64,000 bases of DNA. It comes from the human T2T-CHM13v2.0 reference genome, Homo sapiens. How positions within the stretch are numbered: the stretch's first letter is position 1; each line of letters opens with the position of its first letter. The notes below the pieces were generated by a model. The model saw nothing but the letters and a program-made list of their open reading frames with translations, did not search any database and had not been told where the DNA came from. Location of the stretch: assembly GCF_009914755.1 (NCBI RefSeq), contig NC_060948.1. The stretch is one strand, 5' to 3'. The position numbers were made by a program, and so were the translations under genes. Positions 52,823 to 64,000 of this stretch are shown piece by piece.

Positions 52823-53386
52823 ATCTTCAATACAATTCTTAACATGGAAGAAGGAACTGCATCTTTATCAGTATCATAAAAATGAACTAATGCAATATTT
52901 AACATGGCAAAAGGAACTGGTCATCTGTTCTGTCTGTAAACAATCCTGTACCTTCATCACAGAAACTTGCAATATTTAACCACCTCTTCATTCTTCAAGA
53001 ATGATATTAAATGTTCCTTCTACTGTGCAAATTTCCTATTCCTCCAATATTTTCTATTATTGTTAATTTTCTGCTGTGTATACATGTCAGATACTGATCA
53101 TGGTTTGTAATGTCCTATTGTCTGATAAATTGCTGGCCAACTCTTGGGCTGGACAGACTTTAAAATTACTCCCAGTGATCTGCACTTTCTAGCGTGTACT
53201 TTCTTTTATAGGCCTCTTCCACTGAATGTACCCAGGACCATGGGATATAAACGCTACATTTACTTTATGCTGCATAAAACTCCATCTTGCTAGTCTACTC
53301 TCATTAGAGACTTTCTCTCCCAGGGACATTGAAGAAGCCAGTGTTCATGTGAGCTGAGGACAGTCCATAAGAGTGGAGGGTGTCCC

Positions 53387-53664
53387 TCCTAAGACTAAAC
53401 CAGGAAAAAGCTGAATCCCTGAATAGACCAATAACGAGTTCTGAAATGGAGGCAGTAGTTAATAGCCTACCAACCAGAAACACAAACAAACCAACAAACA
53501 AAAAAACCCACAGGACCAGACAGACTCAGAGCTAAATTCTACCAGAGGTACAAAGAGGAGCTGGTACCATTCCTTCTGAAATGATTCCAAACAATAGAAA
53601 AACAGGGACTCCTCCATAACTCATTTTATGAGATCAGCATCATCCTGATAACAAAACCTTGCAG

Positions 53665-53697
<33 letters not shown>

Positions 53698-56140
53698 TTC
53701 AGGCCAATATCCCTGATGAATATCAATGTGAAATGCTCAATAAAATACTAACAAGCCAAATCCAGCAGCACATCAAAAAGTTTATCCACCAAGATGAAGC
53801 TGGATTCATCCCTGAGATGCAAGGCTGGTTCAATATACACAGATGAATAAACATAATCCATCACATTACAGAACCAATGACAAAAGCCACATGAGTATCT
53901 CAATAGATGCAGAAAAGGCCTTCGATAGAATTCAACACACATTCATGCTAAAAATATGCAATAAACTAGGTATTGATGGAACATATCTCAAAATAATAAG
54001 AGCTATTTATGACAAACCCACAGCCAGTATCATACTAAATGGGTAAATGCTAGTAGCATTCCCTTTGAAAACTGGCACAAGACAAGGATCTCCTCTCTCA
54101 ACACTCCTATTCAACATAGCATTGGAAGTTCTAGCCAGGGCAATCAGGCAAGAGCAAGAAATAAAGGGTATTCAAATAGGAAGAGAGGAAGTCAAATTGT
54201 CTCTGTTTCCAGATGACATAATTGTATGTTTAGAAAACGCCATCATCTCAGCCCTAAATTTCCTTGAGCTGATAAGCAACTTCAGCAAAGTCTCAGGGTA
54301 CAAAATCAATGTGCAAAAATCACAAGCATTCCTATACACAAATAATAGACAAACAGAGGGCCAAATCATGAGCAAACTCCCATTCACAATTGCTACAAAA
54401 AAAAAATACCTAGGAATACAACTTACAAGGGATGTGAAGGACCTCTTCAAGGAGAAATACAAACCACTGCTTAAGGAAATGAAAGAGTTCACAAACAAAT
54501 GGAAAAACATTCCATGCTCATGGACAGGAAGAATGAATGTCATGAAAAGGGACACACTGCCCAAATCAATTTATAGAATCAATTGTATCCCCATCAAACT
54601 ACCGTTAACTTTCTTTACAGAATCAGAAAAAACTACCTTAAATTTCTTATAGAACCAAAAAAGAGACTGTATAGCAGACAATCCTAAGCAAAAAGAACAA
54701 AGCTGGAGGCATCACGATACCTGACTTCAAACTATACTACAAGCCTACAGTAACCAAATCAGCAAGGTACTGGTACCAAAACAGGTATATAGACCACTGG
54801 AACAGAACAGAGGACTAAGAAATGACGTTACATATCTACACCCACTTGATCTTTGACAAAAGTGACAAAAACCATCAATAGGGGAATGATTCCCTATTTA
54901 ATAAATGGTGTTGGGAAAACTGGCTAGTCATATGCAGAAAATATAAACTGGACCCCTTCCATACACCTTATACTAAAATTAACTCAAGATGGATTAAAGA
55001 CTTAAATGTAAAACCTAAAACCATAAAAACCCTAGAAGAAAACCTAGGCAATACCATCCAGGACATAGCAATGGGCAAAGTCTTCACGACTAAAACATCA
55101 AAAGCATTGGCAACAAAAGCCAAAATTGGCACATGGGATCTAATTACACTAAGGAGCTTCTGCACAGCAAAAGAAACTATCATTGGACAGAACAGGCAAC
55201 CTACAGAATGGGAGAAAACTTTTGCAATCTATCCATCTGACAAATGGCTAACATCGAGAATCTACAAAGAACTTAAATGTACAAGAAAAAACAAACAATC
55301 CCATCAAGAAGTGCACAAAGGATACAAACAGAGACTTCATAAAAGAAGACACTTATGCTGCCAACAAACATATGAAGAAAAAGCTCATCATCACTGGTCA
55401 TTAGAGCAATGCAAATCAAAACCATAATGAGATACCATCTCACACCAGTTAGAATAGTGATCATTAAAAAGTCAGGAAACACCAGATGCTGGAGAGGATG
55501 TGGAGAAATAGGAACACTTTTACACAGTTGGTAGAAGTGTAAATTAGTTCAACCATTGTGGAAGACAGTGTGGTGATTCCTCAACAATCTAGAACCAGAA
55601 ATATCATTTGACTCAGCAATCCCATTACTTGGTATATACCCAAAGGATTATAAATCATTCTACTATAAAGACACATGAACACATATGTTTATTGCAGCAC
55701 TGTTCACAATAGCAAAGACTTGGAACTAACCCAAATGCCCATCAATGATAGATTGGAGAAAGAAAATGTAGCACATATACACGATGGAATACTATGCAGC
55801 CATAAAATGAGATTCTTTGCAGGGACATGGATGAAGCTGCAAACTATCATTCTCAGCAAACTAACACAGGAACAGAAAACCAGACACCACATGTTCTTGC
55901 TCATAAGTGGGAATTGAACAATGAAAACACATGGACACAGGGAGGGGAACATCACACACTGGGGCCTGTCAGGGGGTGCTGGGCCACAGGAGGGATAGCA
56001 TTAGGAGAAATACCTAATGTATATGACAGGTTGATGGGTGCAGCAAACCACCATGGTACATGTATATCTGTGTAACAAAACTGCACGTTCTACACATGTA
56101 TCTCAGAACTTAAAGTATAATTTAAAAAAAAGAAAAAAAA
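53387..56140 (+). mobile_element. 5'-truncated L1PA (L1PA7/8-like), ~2.75 kb, inserted into an MLT1 LTR (~53100-53386 and 56141-56400)
   Basis: Continuous L1 ORF2 3' half, 3'UTR and poly(A); 18-bp TSD AAGAGTGGA(G/A)GGTGTCCC at 53369-53386 and 56141-56158; (AC)14 at 53667-53694. Confidence 0.96.
53843..55427 (+). pseudogene. Disrupted L1 ORF2p reverse-transcriptase/C-terminal fragments
   Basis: SIDAEKAFD and GTRQGSPLS motifs; catalytic FADD changed to FPDD; stop at 54044-54046 and frameshifts. Confidence 0.92.
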
Positions 56141-58156
56141 AAGAGTGGAAGGTGTCCCCTAGCCCATAACCAGCAAGAAGCTGGGCTCTGAGTTCTGCAT
56201 CCACAAGGAAACTAAATCTGACAACAGCATGCCTGAGGTTGGGAGTGAATTCTTCCCAAGTCCAACCTCCAGATGAGAACTCAGCTTAACACTTTGAAGA
56301 AAGTCTTTATAGACTCTAAGAAGAAGACTTGGCTAGGGTTTTCCTGAATTCATGACCCACAGAACCTGTGAGATCATAGATACATATTGTCCTAAGTTTG
56401 GGGTACATCACCATTTCTATCTAGGCAGAAAGAGGATGCACATTACTGACCACTTTATGTCCAGTTCAGTGTAGGACACTAAACACTAGAGATCTTAATA
56501 AAGATATCTTGGAGATAGATGACTGGATAAATGATCTTAATAAAGAAAGAAAGGAGAAAGTAATGAATTGGAAATGAATGGCATTGAGTTCTTGCAAAGA
56601 TTTACTCAGTCTCATTGCTGAGTTTTTGTGATGCTGGTAGAAACTCTGCAGCTAAGACAATTGTCTGCAGCTAAGACAACTCATATTGAGTCAATAGACA
56701 TAACTATATGAGTAAAACCTTCAGAGATGGATGCAAAAGGGAAAGTCCTGCTGTTTACCAACTACTGATACTGCCAAAACTTTAAACTTCCTTTTATTTT
56801 ATTCTTTTTAATTTGAATGGGGAGGATAGTAAAGCCTCACATAGAATAAATTAACAAACAACTTCAATGGAAAGATAGGTCTGTAAGCTTTTAAGAATGT
56901 TCTCCATATTCCAAGCCATGATCAATATGATTTGACTTCTACTGTTTCTTTCCAGAAATATCAAGGGACATTATTACTCAGCTGCAGCAAACTCTCAATT
57001 ATGACTCTCCCTAATACCACATTAATCTTGTCTATTTAATTCCATATATGTTGTTTCCCTGATTATCATTTTTATTACACTTATGGAGAGAGGCAACAAA
57101 TATTAAGCTCCTTAACGCAACAGGGGTTTTGGTAAAAGGTGAGATTTCTCTGTTTCTCTATTTCTATGGCTAGCAGTCCTTCAGATTGCTAGGTACAGTG
57201 TTTTGCCCATAGGATAGATACATTCATTCAATCATTCATTCAATAAACATACAGTGAGGACAACATTTGTGCCAAGCATGTGTAATAAACTTTTTAAAAA
57301 TAGAAAAAAAAAAAGAATATGACTTCAGAGACCTTTTCGTTCTTCTGAAATCCAAGATTAGGCTTTGAGATCTTTTAGTTGTATTAGTAACACAATGCTA
57401 CAGCAGAACTGAAGAAGATCACAACAGGAGTGGCCAGGGTGCTGTTTTAATTGAAACACTATTTGCATTTGTAAAATGAACAATACTTCAATAGACAAAA
57501 CTTTATCTTCCTATACCTGCAAGAATATTCACACAAGGATATTTTGCATATTCTCACAGATTTAGCCCTGAATCACTATGGCCAAGTTTTTCATTGATAT
57601 TCAATGACTTTTCATATTAACATCACTTTGGAATATATGCTCTTAAAAATGATACCTCTAAGAGATTTTGTGTTTTCATGATTAGTACATGGCCATGATT
57701 AGTTTTTCATGATTAGTGAAAAACTAATTTCATGACTAGTTTTTTATGATTAGTGTTTTAATGATTAGTACATGGCTAATTTCATCTAACCCCTTATACT
57801 AAAATTTTGATGAATGCTGTGAAAATGGATCAATTAATTCAATTGATGTCATGCTTTGCTTAAGAAAGAGAATGAAAGTAATTCATATTTTATGAATGAA
57901 AGGGAGCAGAGTCTTGCAATCTATGAATTTACATAAGAAAACACTCTTAATACAGATGATAGTTGTTCTAAACTTGAAAACCTATGGAAAAGCCTTTGTA
58001 ACTCTAAGTCATTAGAAAGACAGATTTCCAGCCTTGAACATGTTCGTATTTCTTTCCATTTTTGGTTTCTATCAACTAAATCAATTGCATTCGGTTATTT
58101 AACTTCAATAATAAGTAAATCTGAACAAATATTGCCATAATAAATCAGTCATCCAG

Positions 58157-58557
58157 TGTCAGGCCTCTGAGCCCAAGCTAAGCCATCACATTCCCTGTGA
58201 CCTGCATCTATGCATCCAGAAGGCCTTAAGTAACTGAAGAAACACAAGATAAATGAAAATGGCCTGTTCCTGCCTTAACTGCTGACACTACTTTGTGAAA
58301 TTCCTTTTCCTGGCTCATCCTGTCTCAAAAGTTCCCCTACTGAGCCCCTTGTGACCCCCGCCTCTGCCCGCCAGAGAACAACCGCCTTTGACAGTAATTT
58401 TCCACTACCCATCCAAATCTTATAAAATGACCCCACCCCTGTCTCTCTTTGCTGACTCTCTTTTCAGACTCAGCCTGCCTGCCCCCAGGTGAAATAAACA
58501 GCCTTGTTGCTCACATAAAGCCTGTTTGGTGGTCTCTTCACATGGACATGAGTGAAA
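58157..58557 (+). mobile_element. LTR7 solo LTR (HERV-H)
   Basis: TGTCAGGCCTCTGAGCCCAAGCTAAGCCATC start; GGTCTCTTCACATGGACATGAGTGAAA end; TATAAAA at 58421, AATAAA at 58493; perfect 5-bp TSD TCCAG at 58152-58156 and 58558-58562. Confidence 0.95.
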
Positions 58558-61304
58558 TCCAGTAACTGGAATCACATGTTCACTAGAGCATGTCATGTAG
58601 GGTTTAAGAGAAATTCACAATTTAATCACATTCTCTGGCATTGAAAAAAACAGAAAAGTTAAATTACCTTGTTTGGCAATTTCAAGGCACCCCTGGAAAT
58701 GTCCAGTTATTGTTTTACCAGCACATTTTGCTTCTGTTGATGACATAAGTCCACAATCCAATGTACTTTTAAATATATTGGAATCACAAATCGAGATTTC
58801 AGCGTTGTAACAAAATGCCTTTGAAGACTTTTCTTTTTATGAAAAGAAAGAAAACCTTCCTGAAACAAAATGATTTAATAATGATGAGAGGAGGCTGACG
58901 TGAAATTCTGACTTCCAAGCTGCACAGTGCCCCAACATTCCTGCTGGATTTTGTAGCAATTGAAATCAGAGACTAGCATTAAAGGATGTCTGTTTACCCA
59001 AAGTTGTCCAGGACATTTTACCTCCAGGACTTTTATGCAGCTCTTTTTCTCTTATTCTTTGATGCTAGCTTCATCTATAACTACCTCAGAAAATATGATC
59101 TCACTCTCTTTTCCTCTCTCCCTCTTGTGATGTTTTACTTTCTTGGAGAATCTGGGCTGTATAAATGCCACAAAAACTTGCATCAAACTGTTAGGGCACT
59201 GGATGTTAAAACACTCATTTTACAACTTAACCCACCGCTTAAATTGCACTGCCAAGATGACAGAGATTAAATCATAACTCCCAGAAACACAGTCTAGAAC
59301 TTAATGAAAAAAGTTCTACCAAGATATGTATATTTTATATTGCTTCCAGCCAACGCTGCTCATGGTGAACCCATCCAGAAGTTCATTTAGAAAGTCAAAA
59401 AAGAGAAAGAAAGCAAGAAACAGCATCCCAGCAAAGGAAGTTATATAATTCTCTGGGTTATTTTTAGAATTTTTTCCATGGTGAGACAAATAACAGATGT
59501 AAGAATTAAATTAATAAGGTGCATTTAGCTTCTTCGTAGCACAGTGAGCTTTCTGACTAGTGGGGTATGCTATCTCTGCATCTATAAGGAAAAGCCTTCC
59601 AGAAGATAAGCATTGCTTTCACATTTCATGTTGACAATGCAAAGCAAATGTCACACTGTTTTCAACTCTTTATTTTTAAGCTTAGGAAGTGCATCAGAAA
59701 GAGGGGGAACTGATTCACTTTCTCAATAATTTGCCAGAAGGCTTTCTCCCTACTGCTTGGGAGTCCTCAAAATATTTCTTTACTTCCATACTGTTGAGCA
59801 AATATTGTTCTGTTTTCAATAGTTTCCCAACTCGTGCTTCTTAAGATGATGTAAAACCTGCAAATATCAGTACAGTTACACATTTCACTCTGTTCTCAAG
59901 TGTTGCTATTTATTATTGTTTTTCCTTCAAAACCTACTTTCTGTTGAATGCAGTTTGATTTCTTTCCAAGCCAGGAGGCATGTACTCAGCATAGCTATTC
60001 CATATCCACCATTTTTTTAAGGATATCGTGGAAAAAGAAACAATGCTCTGTGTTTCATAACAATTCTACGAATATTAACTCCACAGCTGGTGATGAAAAT
60101 GTGCATATTACCAAAAAAAAAGTGGGGATCTCAGTAAGGATACTAAACAGAAACAGTGAGAAGCTCCTCATTACAATTGAACAAGGCACAGTCAGGATCT
60201 TAAAAGTATTTTTTCATAGTGAGTATTTCCTTTCTCTGACTCAGCAGATGAAAGCAAAGGAGCTCAGTAGTTTTGCTGCTGGGGATGCTAGCCAAACCTT
60301 TCATTTATCTAATGCCTCTAGCTTTCGTGCAGACTTTCAGGTCTCAGGTCTCAGAAGAAGCCAGCAGTATTTGCAGAGGGGCTGAATTAATGCTGAATGG
60401 ATTTGAACTCATTCTGATGCAATTCTGCAAAAAAAGTTTCATACACTCACCATGACTGCAAGTCAGAGAACTTTTGCAAGACGAGAATTTTGAGGAGCAA
60501 CTTAATAGAACCTGTCTTCCATGCAGGCAGCCTAAATTTTGTCAAAAGGTACAGCATATGCCAGAAAAATTTCAGAAAGCTTCCCCAACTCCCTGAAGTG
60601 GCCAAGATGAGGAAGATTTGGTGTTTCAAACACAGTCCTCTGCCCTGTGTGCTGGTCTGCTATTTTTCCCTTTTCTAAGTGGGGCATTGATTACTGAGTT
60701 GTGAGTGGAGGTTCCTCTTCCAAAACTATGCCTTCCTAAACTACGTCTCTAAGTCTTGGATGGAAATATCTCACATCTCAAGGCCCACTCATAATTCTTC
60801 TCCTGTTTCTTCATATCACTATAATGGCTATTTTTTTGCTGTTTTTGGAGGCTCCTTTGGAATTTTTCATTTCCTCACAGGTTATTTAAATAGTGTAATC
60901 ATTTCAGAGCATCAGTAACAGTTAAGAACCAGATGAACAATATGTCTGTCTGAGTCATGGCTGCATTTTTTAGGCTTTAGACTTTCACGCCCCACACTTA
61001 ATGCTGTCTTTACTTTGCAAGGCCTTCCTCCTATGGGCTGTGACTGTCTTATAAGTTGTAAATTCTCAGAACCAGCATTTTGCTGCAACTGAACTTCCTC
61101 TGACAAGAGTCAGCAGGGTTCAGTGTCAAAATTCATCTAATTTGGTGGCTCATGAAGACCTGCTTGTGGTTGGTGGAATGAGAACTCACTCTGTGTGAAG
61201 GAGCTTGCAGTCTCTGGCTTGCCTTTTTCACTGAGGACAGAAAACATAGGCTGAATGTTACCCACCATGTGAGGAGCTGAGCTGCCCCCCACTGTCAGGT
61301 TGAT

Positions 61305-61631
61305 ACCTTGAAGTTCTGAGAACCTCTGAATGTGACTTAATTTGGAGATACTCTTTAAAGATGGGGTAATCAAGTTAAGATGAGGCCATTTAGGTAGGTT
61401 ATAAACCAGTATGACCAGTGTCCTTATAAAAAGGGGGAGTTTGGACACGGAGACAAAACACAGGGAGAAGATGGCATCTGCAAGCCAAGGAGAGAGGGAT
61501 CAGGAGAAACCCACCCTGTTGACATCTTGGTCTTATACTTCCCACCTCTAGGACCATGAGAGAATAAATGTCTGTTATATTAACCATGCAGGTTGTAGTA
61601 CTTTGTTACAGCAATCTGGGAAGACTAAGAC
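61305..61631 (+). mobile_element. MLT1B/C MaLR LTR
   Basis: GAATGTGACTTAATTTGGAGAT...GTCCTTATAAAAAG...CAAGCCAAGGAGAGAG...GTACTTTGTTACAGCA. Confidence 0.8.
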
Positions 61632-61952
61632 TCTCCCACCTATCCATAGCCATAGGTCACCAGAAGGCTAATACTTTAAACCTGGGCTTTCTGACATTCT
61701 GCAAGTTATCAAATGTAGTGACAGGATGACATTTGATAAACAGGGAGACACTCTTTGATCAACCATGAAACTTTCAGGAAGAGCTTTCATGTGCTGATAG
61801 CTGAGTATGGCTTCCAGGACAAATCTTGCTACACAGCAAGAAAAAGTTTGACAAAATCAGCTGCATGAAACTCAAAATTTCTAAATAACAACGATGTCCT
61901 CAACAGCATAAAGAAGACAAGGCATGATGAGGGAAAATACATGCAATAAATC

Positions 61953-63016
61953 TGTACCAGTCATAATTCTCCAAACAAACAGAACCAATAGGTGGGATGG
62001 GCATCTGTATCAATATATATATCTTAGTCAGGCATGGTGACATGCACCTGAAGTCCCAGTTACTTGGCAGCCTGAGGCAGGAGGATTGCTGGAGACCAGG
62101 AGGTCATGGCTGAAGTGAGCCATGATTGCACCACTGCACTCCAGCCTGGGCAACAACACAAGACCCTGTCTTAAAAAAAAAAAAAAATTATATTGCCTGG
62201 TGTATATTTACAGATTATTGTATATATTATAAACATATATAAATATTATATATTTAAATATATTATATACCATGTAGAGATACATAAATATATATAATCA
62301 ATCTTATATATGTTATATGGTATATACACAATTCAGCAGGGTTCAATGTCAAAATTGTTCCAATTTGGTGACTCATGAAGACTTGCTTGTGGTTGGTAGG
62401 ACCAGAGCTTACTCTTTGTGATACATATATTGTATATGTATGTACCATATATAATAACATATGGCATATATATTATTACAATGTACATATTGTAATAATA
62501 TATGGTATATAAATACATATGCTATATATATTATTACCATATATTATTCTTACAATAATATATATGGTATGTATTATTATAGTATACATATTATATGTGG
62601 TATATGTATATTACATATTATATACCACATATCATATATAGCATGATGTACATTATGTTTATCAATAAGCATTTTATATATAATATATGAAGATGTATTT
62701 ATTTCAAGGAATTGGCTTACTGAGTTATAGGGGCTGACATGTTGAAAATCCGTATAGCAGCAGTCTGGTGGCCTGGAAACTCACATAGGGACTGGTGTTG
62801 CAGTCAGTAGACAGAATTCCTTCTCTTCCAGAATATCTCAATTTTGGTTTTAAGATCTTACAACTGATTGCTTAAGACCCATCCCATAATGAAGGATCAC
62901 CTCCTTCACTTAAAGTCTACTGTTTGTGGATGTTAACTACTCTACAAAACACCTCACAGTAACAGCTAGTATTTGATCAAACTGCTGGATCTGATTGCTT
63001 AGCCAAGTTAACACAT
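61953..63016 (-). mobile_element. MLT2 (C/D-like) LTR, antisense, interrupted by an Alu right arm (62023-62187, +) and an AT-rich tract (~62200-62690)
   Basis: TTCTCCAAACAAACAGAACCAATAGG at left; AAGGAATTGGCTTAC...CAACTGATTG...AGCCAAGTTAACACAT at right. Confidence 0.7.
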
Positions 63017-63099
63017 TATGGGCTAAGTTGTGCACTCCCAAATTCATGTCTTGAAATCCCAACCCTCAGTATCCTAGAACATGACAGTATTAGGAGATA

Positions 63100-63761
63100 T
63101 ATTCAACCCATGGAATCGTTGGGGGATAGGTTCCAGAACCGCCCCCCCACCTCCGGATAACAAAATCTACGAATGCTCAAATAACCTTACGCAAAATGGT
63201 GTAGTATTCGCAATTAACCTACAGACATCTTCCTGTATACTTTAAATCTGAGGTCCTCAACTCTCAAACCATGGACTGATATCAGTCCTGTGGCCTGTTA
63301 GGAACTGAGCCACATTAGCAGGAGGTCGCGGCAGACGAGTGAGCGTTATTACCTGAGCTGCACCGCCTGTCAGATCTATTGCAGTGTTAGATTCTCACAG
63401 AAGCATGAACCCAATTATGAATTGTGCATGCAAGGGAGCTACATTGTATGCTCCTTATGAGGATGAAATGATAAATGTAATGCGCTTGAATCATCTCAAA
63501 ACCATCCCCTCATCCCCCAGCCCTACATCTGTGGAAAAACTGTCTTCCACAAAACCTATCCCTGGTGCCAACAATGTTGGGGATCACTGCTTTAAATCAT
63601 TCCTATATAGCTGATTTCCTCTGTTGTTTGAGAATAACAGGGAAAAAAAAGTATGTATGTGTTGAGTGCAGACACAACCATCCACTTTTTTCCTGTATAT
63701 TTTCAAATAGCAGTTGGTTAAATCCATAGATGCAAAACCAACAGATATGGAGAACTGACTA
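63100..63761 (+). mobile_element. MER2 (TcMar-Tigger MITE) inserted in an MLT1 LTR and itself interrupted by MER1B
   Basis: GGGGGATAGGTTCCAG...CAAAATCTACGAATGCTCAA...AAAATGGTGTAGTATTCGCA; 3' part GTTGGTTAAATCCATAGATGCAAAACC. Confidence 0.8.
63248..63589 (+). mobile_element. MER1B hAT-Charlie MITE
   Basis: TGGCCTGTTAGGAACTGAGCCAC...TGTGGAAAAACTGTCTTCCACAAAACC...TGTTGGGGATCACTG; perfect 8-bp TSD CTTTAAAT at 63240-63247 and 63590-63597. Confidence 0.9.
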
Positions 63762-63851
63762 GTGTGTTTAAAGAGATATTTAAGGTAAAATAAAGTCATT
63801 CGGGTGGTCCTTGATCCAACAAGGCTGATGTTCTTATAAGAAGAAAAAATT

Positions 63852-64000
63852 GGCAGGGCGTGGTGGCTCACGCCTGTAATCCCAGCACTATGGGAGGCCG
63901 AGGCGGAAGGATCACGAGGTCAGGAGATAGAGACCACCGTGAAACCCCGTCTCTACTAAAAACACAAAAAGTTAGCCGGGCGTAGTGGCGGGCGCCTGTA
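63852..64000 (+). mobile_element. Young Alu, AluYd-type (12-bp left-arm deletion), cut by window edge
   Basis: GAGACCA|CCGTGAAACCCCG lacks TCCTGGCTAACA of AluY; CpGs largely intact. Confidence 0.85.

Noticed and set aside
54047-54652. 201-aa reverse-transcriptase-like ORF as an active or domesticated RT
   Set aside because: Fragment of a 5'-truncated L1PA with an upstream stop, frameshifts and FADD changed to FPDD.
59948-60385. 145-aa ORF in unique sequence
   Set aside because: No recognisable domain or splice/promoter context; one ORF of this length is unremarkable in 64 kb. It would need PhyloCSF or Ribo-seq support.

Overview
Primate (most likely human or great-ape) non-coding DNA: AT-rich, intergenic or deep-intronic, and dominated by interspersed repeats. 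I find no protein-coding exon, RNA gene, processed pseudogene or prokaryote-type system that I can support. The long ORFs in the track are Alu, L1, LTR or simple-repeat artefacts, apart from one unrecognisable 145-aa ORF in unique DNA. The window holds about 20 Alu/FLAM pieces and several old L1 fragments. It also has a 2.75-kb 5'-truncated L1PA with an 18-bp target-site duplication (TSD) and a dead RT, DNA-transposon relics (MER58A, Charlie4a, MER5A, MER2, MER1B), and a varied set of solo ERV/MaLR LTRs (MER11, MER57, LTR19-like, THE1 x3, LTR12C, MER41, LTR8 x2, MER61, MLT2A x3, MER34/39-like, LTR18B, LTR7, MST/MLT1), several with intact TSDs. Family and subfamily names come from recalled consensus sequences and need RepeatMasker/Dfam confirmation. 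The most interesting signals are: (i) intact inducible transcription-factor sites inside LTRs (a consensus p53 element in MER61, a perfect GAS site in MER41, an NF-Y array in LTR12C, DUX4-type sites in THE1/MLT2A); and (ii) several templated or fold-back micro-rearrangement scars, including a palindromic AT-rich VNTR bracketed by a perfect 15-bp inverted repeat and an 87-bp local segment copied into an AT-rich tract. I do not see convincing evidence for a new biological system.
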